From Selaginella moellendorffii (taxonomy: Eukaryota; Plantae; Lycopodiophyta): DNA of 64,000 bases. Positions 25,701 through 39,861 of this stretch are shown here, piece by piece. The notes beneath the pieces were generated by a model that worked only from the letters and a program-made list of their open reading frames with translations, was not told the DNA's origin and made no database searches. Location: NCBI RefSeq assembly GCF_000143415.4, contig NW_003314307.1, positions 76,922-140,921 on the forward strand, in the 5' to 3' direction. Position numbers and translations under genes: made by a program. Positions within the stretch are counted from its first letter, which is position 1; each line of letters opens with the position of its first letter.

Positions 25701-26848
25701 TGTAAGGAACCAACTCGCCGAGGTGTCGTAGGCTAAAGGAACCCCGAAAGCATGACCAAAATGACAAAGAGTTCATTGGATGGGACCAAGTCGAAGATCG
25801 AGTCCAAGACCGACTCTAGGACCGAGTTCGAGATAGAGTCCGGAATCGAGTCCGAGACCGACTCGGGGACCGAGTCCGAGTCCGAGTTCGAGACCGAGTT
25901 CGAGACGGAGTCCGAGATCCGAAATCGGGTCCGAGACCGAGTCCGAGGTCGAGTCCGAGGTCGGGTCCGAGATCGGGTCCGAGATCGAGTCCGTGATCGA
26001 GTCCGAACCCGAATCCGAAGTCGGATCCGAAATCGGGTCCGAGATCGAGCCAGAGACTAAGTCCAAATACTAATACGGGTCAAGGGGTGAAAGCCCAAAG
26101 CGTGCGTCTCCCAGGGGGGGGGGGCTGCAGGGGGTTCCAAAAGTATAGTAGGGATAGTGAGGTCCAGGAACCAGTTTGAAGGGAACTCTCCAGTTGGGCT
26201 TCCAAACCGACTTGAGGTTGGGACTGGGACCGAGGGGCCTTGGGTGGGAGTGAGCATGGACTTGGCTGGTGCCGGAGGGGCCATCCAAGGAAGTGCTCAA
26301 GAGCAGCTCCCACTCCCGAAAGGGAAATCGATTGCGGTGCTCCTGGCTCATGTGGAGTGGTGCCCCACTTGAGTACCATGCGGCTCATTGGTCCTCGCCC
26401 TTCCTAGGGGCTTGGGCCTTCCTTCGGGATGGAAGTGGGGGGCGAGAGGTACCCATACCGGGCCGTTAGGCCACGGTGTTTCGCCCCGGCGTCCCGAAGC
26501 AAGTGTTGCATTCAAGACTTGGGATTTAGAGGGTCCCATGATCAAGTCTTGTGGTACCAAGGGATGTTAGGAACCTGGAAGCTTGGTGTGCTTGGCTGTT
26601 TGTGCTTGCGGGGAGTGTAGCCGAACCTTAAGTCCAGTCTAACCCGGGGAGGGGGATTGGGAGTGATTTGGGAATCCGTGGAAGGATGGCTAACACTCCG
26701 TTGCTCGTGCAGTGAGTAGCTGAAACCAAGTAGGAGCTGGTACCATAGGCGAGAACCTTGGCAAGGGAATTTAGCAAAAGCCAAGGCAGTGTTGGACGGA
26801 TAGATGAGGTAAGCTGGCAAATTGGAAAGGAAAAATTTGTGGCTTACA
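25701..26848 (+). repeat. 3-prime LTR of A
   Basis: Near-identical to the 5-prime LTR; followed by TSD CTGTA. Confidence 0.97.
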
Positions 26849-26853
26849 CTGTA

Positions 26854-28057
26854 GTCACACTGAATTCACCATTGCATAAGTCAGACATGGCCCTATTCCA
26901 CAGTGTTGTGATGCAAAAAGGGATGGACATAACACTCATGAGCTCGTTCATTGTGTTCTGACTCTTTTTACATGACTCAAGGGACATGACTCATGACCAC
27001 GTGGACATGCCACATCAGCTGATCGAGACTGACATCTCAACACTCCCACTCTGGCTCGATCAGCTGAGAGGATGGACTACCCCTCCCACTCAGCCGAAAC
27101 AGATGGAGAGCAGACTCCCAGTGTGGCGTGATGGTGTTCAAAGGAGTCTCGAGCCAAAGCCTTCGTGAGTATATCAGCCACCATTGCCTCGGTGGGGCAA
27201 TATTCCAGCAACAACTTTCCATTTTGGACTTGTTCCTGCACGTAGTGGAAACGAATCTCAATGTGTTTCGTCCGAGAATGGAAGCGAGGATTGGTGGCCA
27301 GTGCAAGAGCACTGTGGTTGTCCAAGAACAGCACCATAGGGCCGGTGCAAGCAGGAATCTGGGGCAGGTCATGGCAGAACTGGGTCAAGCAAATCACTTC
27401 TTTGCTGGCAGCGGTTAGGCCAATGTACTCTGCCTTTGTCGAGGACAGAGAAACCAGCAGCTGGTGCTTACTGCTCCAGGACACAGCAGCCCCATGGAGC
27501 AAGAACACATACCCGGAGGTAGAGTGCCTTGAGTCCTGGTCGCCCGCCCAGTCCACATCCGAGTACCCATGAAGTTCCTGTGACACAGCAGCGCCATAGT
27601 GAAGCTACAAATGCAAGGTACCTTGAACGTAGCGGAAAATCCACTTCACAGCTTGCCATTGTGCAGGTCCAGGGTTCTTGAGGAACTGGGAGACCATCCC
27701 AACAGCATAGGCGAGATCTGGTCGCGTTCCCAGCATCAAATAAACAAGACTTCCCACAGCTTGATGATATGGCACCGTGGCCATGTACTCGCGTTCTTTC
27801 TCTGTGACAGGGGCCATGTCACGGCTGAGTTTGTGATTGACCTCAAGAGGTGTGGCCACGGGAGAGCAGTCCAGCATATTGAAGCGTTCCAAGATCTCCC
27901 TTGCATAATGAGCTTGTGTCAAACTCAAGGTGCGTGCTCCTTGATTGCATATAATTTGGATGCCAAGGAAATGGCAAAGCTCACCTAGATCAGACATCTC
28001 AAATTCTTCACTCAGCTTCTTTTTCATTTCGTCCACCGAGAATGCAGTTGTCAACGT
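26854..28057 (-). mobile_element. Ty1/copia 3-prime remnant (end of RT, RNase H, PPT, start of 3-prime LTR)
   Basis: FEMSDLGELCHFLGI, PYHQAVGSLVYLM, GYSDVDWAGDQDSRHSTSG, RTKHIEIRFHYV. gagtgggag then TGTTGAG at 27042. A and B appear to be inserted into its LTR. Confidence 0.9.
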
Positions 28058-29413
28058 TGTTAGGCACCATTTTTGACCACGTGGTCAATGTCAGTCAAAG
28101 GGAGGCTCAAGGGTATATTAAGGCATGTTAGGGTAAGGATTGAACCCTACCCTAGAGCTCACAGTGGAGCGGCGGCGCAATGGAGCTTTTGAGGAAGTTT
28201 AAGGGTGGTTGGGTGGTGAGGAACCTCAAGAGGTGGCGTAGCATAGTCTAAGGCAACTATATCTCTGTCTTTTTGCGCCAGATCATAACATTGGTATTAG
28301 AGGAGTTAGTTGTGATTACCGAACACTGAAATCCTATTGCTGACGATGGTGCAGATGAAGCTGTGGAAATTTGGACCATTCAAGATGTGGTTCATGAGCT
28401 GCGAGCCCTTAATTGAAATCAGCAAGAGATGCAAAACGAGATGCATGGCATGATGGATACCATGTGTGGGCATGTTAAGGCACTCGAGGCTAGACAGGGT
28501 AGCACTCCAAGTAAGCCTTCTTTGGTAGATTGACTCAAGATTCCAACCTTTTCCGATGATGGTGGTGTGGATGAGTGTCTCGCTTGGCTAGCCAATGTGA
28601 AAAGTTCTTGGCTGCTAAGGGAACTCCAGATGCAGAGGCTTTAGTGGCTATTCCAATGGTTTTGCATGATGTGGGTCTTCGATTGTGGAATTGGCTTGAA
28701 GAGTCTCTTGTTGCGGATAAAAAACCACCAGTATCTACCATGGATGAGTTTGAGGCTACTTTCCATTTACATTTTACCCCTCATTACGACGTGGAGAATA
28801 CTCGTACAGAACTTCAACATTTCCAGCAAGGAAAAATGACGCTTGGGGACTATATTGAGAAGCTTACTCACTTGATTAGTCGTCTTACAACGAAGGATCC
28901 AGACCAGAACAAGTCCTACTTCATTGATGGCGTATATAGTGAGAGTATGCAGCAACACTTGCGTCATTTTTAGCCTACAAAGAGTCTGGAGGAGCTCTTT
29001 GATGCAGCTCGACTTGACAATGACAAGCACATGTCTCACAAGTGTTCGTGGAGTCCTTCTATCGAGAATCATCATGATGATCGCTATGGATACAAGGATA
29101 GGAACAAGCATCACAAGTTAAAGTCGGTGGTGACTACTTTGGATGCAAAGGGGTCCAAGAAGCAAAAGTTCTTTATGAAGAATTATAGACAGAGTTGTCA
29201 TCATTGCAGCGAACTTGGACATTACAAGGCTGATTGTTTGCAGATGAAGAACAAGCAGTAGGACAAGAAGAATGGCCAATCTTCTACTCACGGTAAGTCA
29301 AATACTAAAAAGTTACAGACTTTGCAGTGTGAGGATGACGAAAATGACCATTCCGGTTGGAGGAAGAGACTTTAGATTGTTGCTCGTCAGCTCAACTATG
29401 TGTGGAACAAGAT
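28058..29413 (+). mobile_element. Element F: 5-prime LTR (28058-28290), PBS and decayed gag, truncated
   Basis: TGTTAG..TAACA then ttggtattagag. FQQGKMTLGDYIEK and CHHCSELGHYKADC. Multiple stops. Confidence 0.8.
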
Positions 29414-30205
29414 GGAGTGATCATCCCAGATCCACTCCTTAGGATGCCCACAGACATAGGGAATAGCCTTCCCCAATATCCCTTTTCCAGTCCCCACTAA
29501 GTTCCTTTCTACCCATGGCCGTGTTCGCCAACACTGCCACTGGATCAAGGCTCACAGGCCCGACCACTAAGTCCCACGGTCCACTGGGACTTCCTCACCA
29601 CACGACTGTATCCTTGGTCACTACACCAGAGGATTACTCCTCTTCCTTTCCACAGTCTGGGCTTTTGGGACAACATTTCGGAACACTGTGGCCCTACACG
29701 AGCCTCATGGGTACTCTCCCTGCCTTCCATCTTTGGGTGCTCTAGCCATGGGCTTAGAGCAAGGTTCCGTTGAGCCACGCCAAGTATCCAAGTAGGTAGT
29801 GCCACCCACACTTGGACTGGGAGCATCGACCATTCGATCTCCTGGGGGAACTAAAGCCGGCTCTTGAACACTTCACTAAGCTACCCTGTTTGTCGATCCG
29901 TGTTCACTCTAGTATTGGACTTCCCAATGGGCAGCTCATCACCCAACACTGGGTACAGCTTTCTTGGGCCAAACTGGCGTTTCCTAGCCAAACTGGCTCC
30001 ACTGTAGTCCTCCCCCTTCTATAATTTTGGAGCTTACCAAACCCCCCAGGGTCTGGGAGACGAATGCTATGGGCTTTCACCCTCTCAGACTCGAACTCGA
30101 ACTCAGACTTGGACTCGGACTCGGACTCAGATTTGGACTCGGACTCGGACTCAAACTCAGGCTCGGGCTTGGTCTCGGTCTCGGTCTCGGTCTTGGTCTC
30201 AGTCC

Positions 30206-30236
<31 letters not shown>

Positions 30237-30696
30237 AGTCCCGGTCTCGGTCTCAGTCCCGGTCTCGGTCTCGGTCTCGGTCTCGATCTCGGGTCCTTCT
30301 CGAACTCCATCTCGGATTCCATCTCGGACTCCATCTCGGGTCCATCTCGGACTCCATCTTGGTCCATCTTAGACTCCATCTTGGGTCCATCTCGGACTCC
30401 ATCTCGGGTCCATCTCAGACTCCATCTTGGGTCCATCTCGGACTCCATCTCGGGTCCATCCCAGGCTCCATCTCAAACTCTTCCACGTGTCATGTGTTAG
30501 TCCTTTTGGGTCCCTTTTTAGAGCCTCGCTTATTGCTCGCTTCGTGCTCATTCCTCGAGCACTTTGTTGGGAGTTCCACTCCCGCTCTCAACTTTTCAAG
30601 TCGGAGCTTTTGGTCCAAACGTGTTACACTCGTTTGGCCTTCGCTTCGGCCACTTCCACATGGCACCCTTTCGGCTCCACTTTGAGGCTTAGGGAT
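29414..30696 (-). repeat. Truncated LTR of the element-C family
   Basis: Colinear with about 46376-47826, including the GAGTCC/GAGACC arrays; both termini missing. Confidence 0.85.
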
Positions 30697-32555
30697 ATTG
30701 GATTATCCCTATCATGGATTGTAAGCAACCAAAGGAAATAACTCGAGAGGCAATTCATGGGGTTCAAATATAAAGGGAAAGGGCTTGAGAGACGATCCAT
30801 GGGGTTCAAATATAAAGGGAAAGAGCCCATGAACAAAAGTGCACCCCTTTTTCTAATCGGTTAAAGGTCTTAACCCAGGGTTAAGCATCCTTGAATTTGA
30901 ATAGTATTGGGCTAGATGACCTCCCGGGAAGTCCAAATTCATTAACTTATAACTTGGTATCGGAGCAGTTCCTTAGTTCGACTTTTATTGGTGCTCAAGT
31001 ATATCACCACTAGTGTTGGCATCGGAAGGTCCTATGTAGTGCACTTGAATTTGGAGCAGAACTCCAAGCCCGTTGCGCTACGAAATGAGGGTCCGGTACA
31101 ATCCCACGAGCACCAGCTCCCCGTATCTAGCACCTGCACACAAAATGGTGTCAGACGGAGTCTGGCACAATTTTGGCATACCGGTGGCTTAACGCGAGGA
31201 GGAGAGTACTCCACCGACTAGAGCAGTGTGGAGCTTGGGCTTAGACCCAAGCCGAACGCAGAACAAGGAGCAACATAGCTCAGTGGGAGCCAAACTAATG
31301 TCTCAGGTGGTCGGACATGCATTCCAACCACTATCCCTACTATACATTTGGAACCCCCGATAGCCCCCCCTTGAGGAACACACACTTTGGGCTTTCACCC
31401 AAAGCCTCCCTTAGTATCAGGAGTTAGTCTCTAGGACAAGCTCGAAACTTACTAAATATGGAATGGCACTAGATTGCGAATTTAGACACGAGACGAACGC
31501 CGTTGTGTTCAGGCTGATCTCTACATTCCATAGATATGCCAAATGAGCTAATCTAGACACTTTCCATAAATAGCATTTGGGACCGAAATGAGACCAATAC
31601 AAAGGGCGTGATAGTGAGGGTGTTTGGCAGACATGGTAAGCTATCATCTAGCGATATTGAGGGACTAGTCTTAATATGCGAGGGTTCTTGTCACTAGCAA
31701 GTGCAAGACAAAACGAGATGGGAACTCCTTACCAGGCTAAGTATGCTTAACTAATAGCACGTAGGAATTCCGTCCTTATGCTCGTCCAGTCTAAGTACAC
31801 TCGAAATGCCCAGTTAACTCCACTAGCACAAGAGGGGCTACTAGAGGGATCCAACTGTACTGATCTTCTACCGTCATGGCAGTAAGGAAAGAGTGTTCGT
31901 AAGGACTGGTCGACAAGTATCTTTTGATACCCGAAGTCACATTTGTGACACTCTCCCCCCCTTGGGGAAGATCGACGTCCTCGTCGATGCATACCCGAGT
32001 CTAGCAAACCGTCAAGGAAACAACTTCGAAAGTTAATAAAAAGCACACTATATGAGAAACACACCGACTTAAATGAGTTATGGAACTACCTCTCCTCTAT
32101 GTCCAAAGACATTAAAAGACACCCTCCAGCTGTCACCGACAAGGAAATGACTAACGGAGTTAGCCACCCTTGCTACTCCGAGGACCACTTGGCTTACAAA
32201 GGAATGATACATCCCTGCCCGCAGGGACATAGGGAGAAGACCAGAGGCCCAACTTCCCCTGAGCAAGAAATCAACCCTGTCGGGAAGATTTAGACAACTA
32301 TTATAAATTGGCAAATTAAGTTGTTTACACGACCATGCCCCTTTTTCAAAAGTGAGTCATCGAGAGAGAGGCGGGGACTTATGATCAGTCTATAATAGTT
32401 ATCCCCATGGTTATGGATTGGACCCATGCACCGAAGTGCCGAAGTTAGCCTGCCAAAACTGACCCAAGTACAAACGAACGAGAGAAACGACACTTTGATT
32501 GATAGAAATATATTACTTTATTAATTTGCAAGATTTATTACAAGATTTACAAAAG

Positions 32556-35500
32556 CTATCTATTATTACTATTCTCATACTCCGTGACAAGCTCATGGGC
32601 ATATGTAAGATTACTAAGAAGTTCCCAAGTTGATTCATAAGTCGGGTAACCTTTCCACTTAACTAGATATTCCTTCGTACAAGCCTGTCTTCGAGACCGA
32701 GCATCCAAGATAGCTTCAACTTCATATTCTGGTTCACCGTCCACAACAGCTAGTGGCAGACGAATCTTCCCATGTTGCGCAACATCCATAGTGTAAGGAG
32801 CCAAGAGATTGGCATGAAATACATTATGAACATGGGAAGATCTAACCGATAGGATACATCATCAATGCGTTTCAACACCCGATAAGGTCCAACATACCTC
32901 AGTAACAGCTTCCGAGACAAAGATCCCTTAATGTTCAAGTTCCGGGAAGATAGCCACACTTGATCTCCCACTTGATAGGATACATCCTAATGATGTTGAT
33001 CCTTATCACATCGATACCTATCCTGAGCTTTGCCTATTGCCTCAGTAACTCTAGACCAACCTTGGCATAGCTGCTCTACATAAGTTTCAATGGCTGGGAC
33101 CAACACTTCGGTCATTGGTTTCGGTACAATGATTTGTTGAGGAACCCCACGAGCATTCCCTTGCAGCATCTCCTATGGAGAACAGCCTATAGCGCTGTGA
33201 AATGTGTTATTATAACAGATTTCTGCTGTATCCAGATGCTCAACCCAGTCGCGTTGGTCTGCCGCAACATAGTACCGCAGATAATCCTCAACTTGAGCAT
33301 TCACGCGTTCAGTCTGCCCATCAGTTTGAGGATGATAAAAAGTACTAAACTTCAACTTGGTACCGAACAGCTGGAACAGTGTGCCCTAAAACTTCCCTGT
33401 AAACCTCGAATCTCTATCCGAAATCATCTCTTCAGGAAGACCACGAACTCGCACTACTTCATGGAAAAAGAGCTTTGCTGCTTGTTTCACATTCACTATT
33501 CCTACAGTTGGAATGAAGTGTGCAATCTTTGACAACTGATCCACAACCACCATCAAAGTATCATAACCCTTAGACTTCGGTATGCAAGTGACGAAATCAA
33601 GTGTCACACTCTGAAATGGCCATGCCGGTGCTGGAATGCACTGCAACTTTCCAGCCTACTTCTCAGTTCTGCGCTTACATTGCTGGCATATAGGGCAGGA
33701 ACAGACATAATCCACTACATCACCTTCTATACCAGACCAGAAAAATCCCTTTTTCAATGAAGCTAGAGTCTTTCGCTTCCCACCATATCCCGCTGCCGGA
33801 ACATCATGATGTTCCTGCAGAAATAATTGCTGAAGATCCTTAGAGGGAAGATACAATCTTTCTTGCTTATAGAATATAAGCCCATCCCGAACTGAGAAGT
33901 GAAGCTTCGCATTAGTGCGACTAGCAACTTTTGCTGTGTCGCTACCAGGGCTCTGCTTCAACAACTCCGCATGGCATAAGATTGCCTTCACCAATGGATC
34001 ACTTCCATATGAAGCCCGAACGTCTTCTAACCAGTCCGAACTGATTGCCGATATTGCCCGGAATTGAGCTTGACGACTCAATGCATCCAGAACAATATTG
34101 TCTTTACCAGGTTTATATATGATTTCAATATCATATCTAGCAAGCTTCTCTTGCCAACGAGCCTGCTTCGGCGTAAGCTTAGGCTGCATAGCAAAGTAGC
34201 TGAGTGTGTTACTATTTGTATAAACCTTTGTGTGTCCACCCAAGTAGTGTCTCCAGTGTTCTAGGGCCGACACTATAGCAAACATCTCTTTCTCATGCGT
34301 TGGCCATCTTCGTTGAGTTTCATCCAATTTCTTGGAGTAGAACGCAACGGGACAACCATGTTGCCTTAGCGTAACACCAACCGCTTTGTCACAATCTTGC
34401 TGCAACACGGCACCAATAGCATAGCCAAATGCATCACAATGCACTTCGAAGGGTTTATCAAGATCTGGGATCCTAAGAACAGGAACCGTAGTCAAGATCT
34501 CCTTCAACTGTGCAAAAGCACACTAGCAAGCTGGTGTCCAATGAAACGGAATACTACTCTTTGTCAACTCAGTCAACAGAAGAGTGTAGCGCATGTGATC
34601 ATGGGATGATATTTGGATATACTGTCACCGTGGATCCTTGGAACCTTGTGGGATAAATGGGGATAAAATAGCCACTAAGGGCTCTCTTATCAAGCAATTG
34701 CCCCTTTTCTAGTTGGCTTAAGGGGAGAGAGATAAGGTGTGCTACAGTTGTTATCAGAGCAAATGGCACAAGTTCGATTCCCATTGATTAGTGGCTATCT
34801 AAAATATAATATACCCTTGAGCAAGGTATATTCCTACCCCTAAATTTAAAAATCATACGTATTGGACATCCATGCGTACGTCCTTCCTCTTGTGGAGCAT
34901 CCCAGACGAAGGTATCCATCGTGGGACTGCAGTACGGGTGGATGACTAGTTGCCTTAGATGGAATAGCCGGTCTACACAATGGAAGGATTGGTAGATTGA
35001 GTGCGGAAATGGAGGTGCTGGTTCCCCTTGGCTCAATAAGGGTTGTTGGTGAATATTCAATGAGGACATTGACATCTCTGAAGGGGGGGGTGAGTGTAAC
35101 GCATGTGATCATGGGATGAAATTTGGATATACTGTCACCGTGGATCCTTGGAACATTGTGGGATAAATGGGGATAAAATAGCCATTAAAGGCTCTCTCAT
35201 CAAACAATTGCCCCTTTTCCAGTTGGCTTAAGGGGAGAGAGATAAGATGCGCTACAAAGAACAATCCTTGCAAAATTGCGCACAAACTTGCGATAGTATC
35301 CCGCCAAACCAAGAAAGGATCAAACATCTGATACAGTGGTCGGGACTTCCCAGGAATTCACCGCTTCCACCTTCTTTGGATTGACCTCAATCACACCACC
35401 ACCAACTATATGTCCGAGAAAGTTTATGCGCAATTGACCAAAAGCACATTTACTTTCCTTAGCATACAGTTTGTGTTCGCACAACTTCTGAAACACCAGC

Positions 35501-36288
35501 TCCAAGTGTTTCAAATGATCCTCCAACGTTTCGCTGAAGACTAGAACATCGTCAATATATAGGACAACAAATGTGTCCAAATAATCTCTAAATATTTTAT
35601 CCATCATAGTGCTGAATGTTGCCGAAGCATTGCATAACCCGAACAGCATGACAAGGAACTCATAAGATCCGTACCGAGTCTTAAAGGCTGTCTTCTCCAC
35701 ATCCTGACCTGCCACCCGTATCTGATGATACCCAGACCGCAAATCAAGTCACGTAAAATACTTAGCCTTTAAGAGTTGGTCAAACAAGTCATCAATGCGA
35801 GGCAAAGGATAACTGTTCTTGACTGTGATCTTGTTGAGTGCCCGATAGTCAATACACATCCTCATGGTTTCATCCTTTTTCATAACAAAAAGGACCGGCG
35901 CTCCATAAGGTGACTTGCTAGGTCGGATATGACCTTTGTCAAGAAGCTCCGTGAGTTGCCTCTTGAGTTCAACCATTTCCTTGATGTTTAACCGATATGG
36001 AGCTTTTGTAGGTGGTTTAGAACTCGAAATAACCTCAATCTGATGATCAACCTCATGGCTAGGAGGTAGCCCTGGCGGCAAATCCTTCAGAAAGATATCC
36101 TGGTTCCTCGCCAACAACTCCAATATCCTCTTTGGTACAGGATCAACCCTGTCGCCGATTCGAACTGAGTCATTAACACCCTCAACTTCCATCACTTGAA
36201 CCCAAAAGGTCCGACATCCCCTCTTAGCTGCTTTTTGAGTGGCCCTCGCAGTCAGGAACTTTGCATCCGAATCCTTTGAGGAACGCTT
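32556..36288 (-). pseudogene. pol: pol of D (RT, RNase H, integrase, chromodomain)
   Basis: [79 protein letters not shown]. Many stops; interrupted by the TRIM. Confidence 0.95.
34585..35256 (+). mobile_element. TRIM-like mini LTR element, 672 bp, with 162-bp LTRs
   Basis: LTRs 34585-34746 and 35095-35256 (TGTA..TACA). Degenerate PBS ttgttatcagagc. Hairpin caatgaggacattg followed by a G-rich PPT. TSD AAGAG/AAGAA. No coding capacity. Confidence 0.9.
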
Positions 36289-39200
36289 TGTGAGACACAA
36301 AATCCCTAGGCCCCAAAGTGGAGCTGGAAGGGCGCCACATGGTAGTGGCCGAAGCGAAAACCAAACGAGCGTAACACGTTTGGACTAAAAGCTCCGACTT
36401 GAAAGGTTGAGAGCGGGAGTGGAACTCCCAACAAAGTGCTCGAGGAATGAGCACGAAGCGAGCAATAAGCGAGGCTCCAAAAAGGGACCCAAAGGGACCA
36501 ACACATGACACGTGGAAGAGTCCGAGATGGAGTCCGAGGTGGACTCCGAGATGGAGTCCGAGATGGAGTCCGAGATAGACCTGAGATGGAGTCCGAGGTG
36601 GAGTCTGAGGTGGACCCGAGATGGACCCGAGATGGACCCGAAATGGAGTCCGAGATGGACCCGAGATGGAGTCCGAGATGGAGTCCGAGATGGACCCGAG
36701 ATGGACCCGAGATGGGACCCGAGATGGAGTCCGAGGTGGAGTCCGAGATGGAGTCCGAGATGGGCCCGAGATGGACCCGAGATGGAGTCCGAGATGGAGT
36801 CCGAGTTGGAGTCCGAGATGGACCTGAGATGGAGTCCAAAGTCGAGACCGGGACCAAGACCGAGACCGGGACCGAGACCGAGACCGAGATCGGGACCGAG
36901 ACCGAGACCGAGGCCGAGCCCAATTCCGAGTCCGAGTCCGAATCCGAGTCCGAGTCCGAATCCGAGTCCGAGTCCGAGTCCGAGTCCGAGTCCGGAGCCT
37001 GAGAGGGTGAAAGCCCAAAGCGTTCGTCTCTCAGACCCTGGGGGGTTTGGTGAGCTCCAAAAGTATAGTAGGGGGAGGACTGTAGTGGAGCCAGTTTGGC
37101 CAGGAAAGGCCAATTTGGCCCAGGAAGGCCGGACCCAGTGTTGGGTGATGAGCTGCCCACTGGGAAGTCCAAAACTAGAGTGAACACGGACCGATAAGCG
37201 GGGTAGCTTGGTGAAGTGTTCAAGAGCCGGCTCTAGTTCCCTCGGGAGATCGACTGGCTGATGCTCCCAGTCCAAGTGTGGGTGGCACTACCTACTTAGA
37301 TACCTGTCGTGGCTCAACGGAACCTCGCTCTAAGCCCATGGCTAGAGCACCCTAAGGCAGAAGGCGAGGAGAGTACCCATGAGGCCCGTGTAGGGCCACG
37401 GTGTTCCGAAATGTTGTCCCAAAGGCCCAGATTGTGGAAAGGAGGAGGAGTAGTCCTCTAGGGTAGTGACCAAGGATACAGTCGAGTGGTGAGGAAGTCC
37501 CAGAGGACCGTGGGACTTAGCGGTCGGGCCTGTGGGCCTCGATCCAGTGGCAGTGTTGGCGAACACGGCCATGGGCAGAAAGGGACTTGGTGAAGACCGG
37601 AAAAGGGATATTGGGGAAGGCTATTCCCCATGTCTGTGGGCATCCTAAGGATGCTAAGGAGTGGATCTGGAATGATCACTCATGGACGGATGGCCCAGTC
37701 CTTGAGAGATGGGACTGTGATGCAGGTGGTGTTAGTCCACTGGTGTGATCAAGGTAAAGGGGCATGGCCTTAGCGTAACGGGCTGATATGTCGGTGGTAC
37801 CTTGGGGTGTCGGTCATGGGATCGGACACATGGAGTACTTGGATCAAGTGCATAGGTTGAGTGGCGGGGATGCCATTCTTGGGGCTAACAAGCCCAAGTC
37901 GGAAATAGGACTTATGGAGGTTGTGAGTGAGACTCCTCCATGCGGTTGGAGGTGTGGTTAAGTGACTAAAGTAGAATGGAAAAATTAGTCGCTTACAATT
38001 TGGTATCGGAGTTGTTCCTTAGTCCGACTTTTATTCGTGCTCAAGTATATCACCATTGATGTTGGCATCGGAAGGTCCTAGGAGTGGGCCTATCCTAGAG
38101 GAGTAGCATATCGAGAGGACATGGCTCTCCTCTCCACTCAAGTTCATGCGTGAACTTGGGCACAATGTGGTGGATAGAAAAGGGCCAATAATGGAACGAC
38201 TTTGGGATCTTGGGAATAGTATAAGGTCTCCTAAGAGAGTTGAGGATGTGATCCAAATGAGCGTTTGACGCAACAAACGGGCTAACGTAGTTGTGATAAA
38301 CAACTATAGTTAGGATCACGGGAAAGATGTAGACTCCAAAACAACAAAGGAGTCACAAGATTATCCTCATATAGTTGAGGTTGGTGCTCATGAATGTGAG
38401 ACCAGAGGTAATGACCGTGGGAGGTCAAATACGGAAGAGGACTCAAGTCCTTGAAATGGTAGCCGGGGCTACCTCTAATAAATGCTGGAACAACCCAAGG
38501 AGTTGGGGTGTATTAAGTGGATGAGTTGGTATTCTCATCACATGAACAAGTAGTCCTAAGGGGCAAAGGTTGCCCCCAGAGAACAAAATCAAGTGTCGGA
38601 GTAACACTTGTGAAAATAGTCCTTTTGAGTAGGACAGGAATGCAAGAAGTGTATTCCAGCGAGCTAGTGCCCCACAAGTAGGACCTTACGGGTCTGTGGA
38701 TTAACCAAGTCCAAAACTGCTGGATGACTCAAGTAGAGTCAAGGGATGGTCCTAAAAGGACTGATGGAGCATTTGGACTAAGGTGTGTGGTACCCCACGA
38801 AGGATGGGGGGGGGATCATAGGATCCAAGGATGAGAACAAAGGGTATCTCATCGATGGCAAAACGTGCCATGCTAAAGTTGTGGGAAAGGTGTTCCTAAA
38901 AAGAAAACAACTTTGACACAAAGTTGTGTGTGACCTCTATGATGTAGTGCTAACGGATGGTTGGCATAAGAGTGGTATTGGTCTTGGCAAAGACTTAGAC
39001 ACAGAAAAGAAGTGTCATAGAGGTAGGCTCGTGGAGCCGATGGTGTGGAGACACCAAACGTGCCAAGGTGTGATACTTTGAGGCTATGTTGGTGGGTTCA
39101 TGAGAACCCCTTGCCAAAGGAATCCCACTAGAAATGGGAATGGCATAGCCTAAGCTGCAGAGCATGCAGTTGGAGTGTGGTGACCCGGATAATGATGGAG

Positions 39201-39861
39201 GTGTGGAAGCACCAGCAATGAGTTGTAGGACTTGACAACTACGAGGCAACTAAGCAAGAGGTGCAAAATAATTGGTTAAACGGGTAGAAGGTAGCTACCC
39301 AAGCCTTCTTAATGGCATAGGGAAGTTGAATATACCCTTACGAGGGATAAGTTACTTATGTTGCGATGTAGTAAGTCAATGTCATAAAAGGAAATACTCA
39401 TTGTCAAGGAATCCGTCATAAGCTCTATTTCGTTAAAGTGGGAATTGTCATTATCCCACTTGTAAAATAAGGTTTCCAAACCTTTATATAGTATATAAAT
39501 ATAACAAAATTCAACTGCATTGAGGCACATGCCATTTTATTTTAAACAAGGAAATGTCTACTCAATCACTTCTCCTCCCCCTGCCACTGCTTCACCTCTC
39601 TCTTCTCCTTGTCATCGTCGTCCAATTTCTTTCCATCCTTTTAATATTGGCTCAGTTGCTCCGAGTCTAGGTGGAGCCCAAGTCCCCATTCAATCTTTAC
39701 TTTCCCCTTATTAATAAAACAACTTCGCAGACTTCCAATAACATGCTGTAACACTTCTAGTATAATGCAAATCCTCTCAAAGAATTGTCTTTTAATATTA
39801 ATACAATGGCATGGAACCCCATGCCATAATAAGTTACATTTTTAAATAAATACATACCATC

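Larger units (their letters stand above)
18733..26848 (+). mobile_element. Element A: young full-length Ty3/gypsy chromovirus
   Basis: 5-prime LTR 18733-20458 and 3-prime LTR 25701-26848 (TGTAAG..CTTACA), about 8 transitions over 1148 shared bp. TSD CTGTA at 18728-18732 and 26849-26853. PBS tggtatcggagc at 20462. PPT gggtggtggagt ending at 25700. Confidence 0.97.

Noticed and set aside
36224-37275. Long SD-, RT- and GL-repeat ORFs in several frames (also 18.8, 25.8, 30.0, 46.8 and 58.8 kb)
   Set aside because: Products of stop-free hexamer arrays inside LTRs; open on both strands.
39415-39425. TSD of the DNA transposon
   Set aside because: Flanks cataag and tattca give no matching duplication, so the superfamily cannot be confirmed this way.
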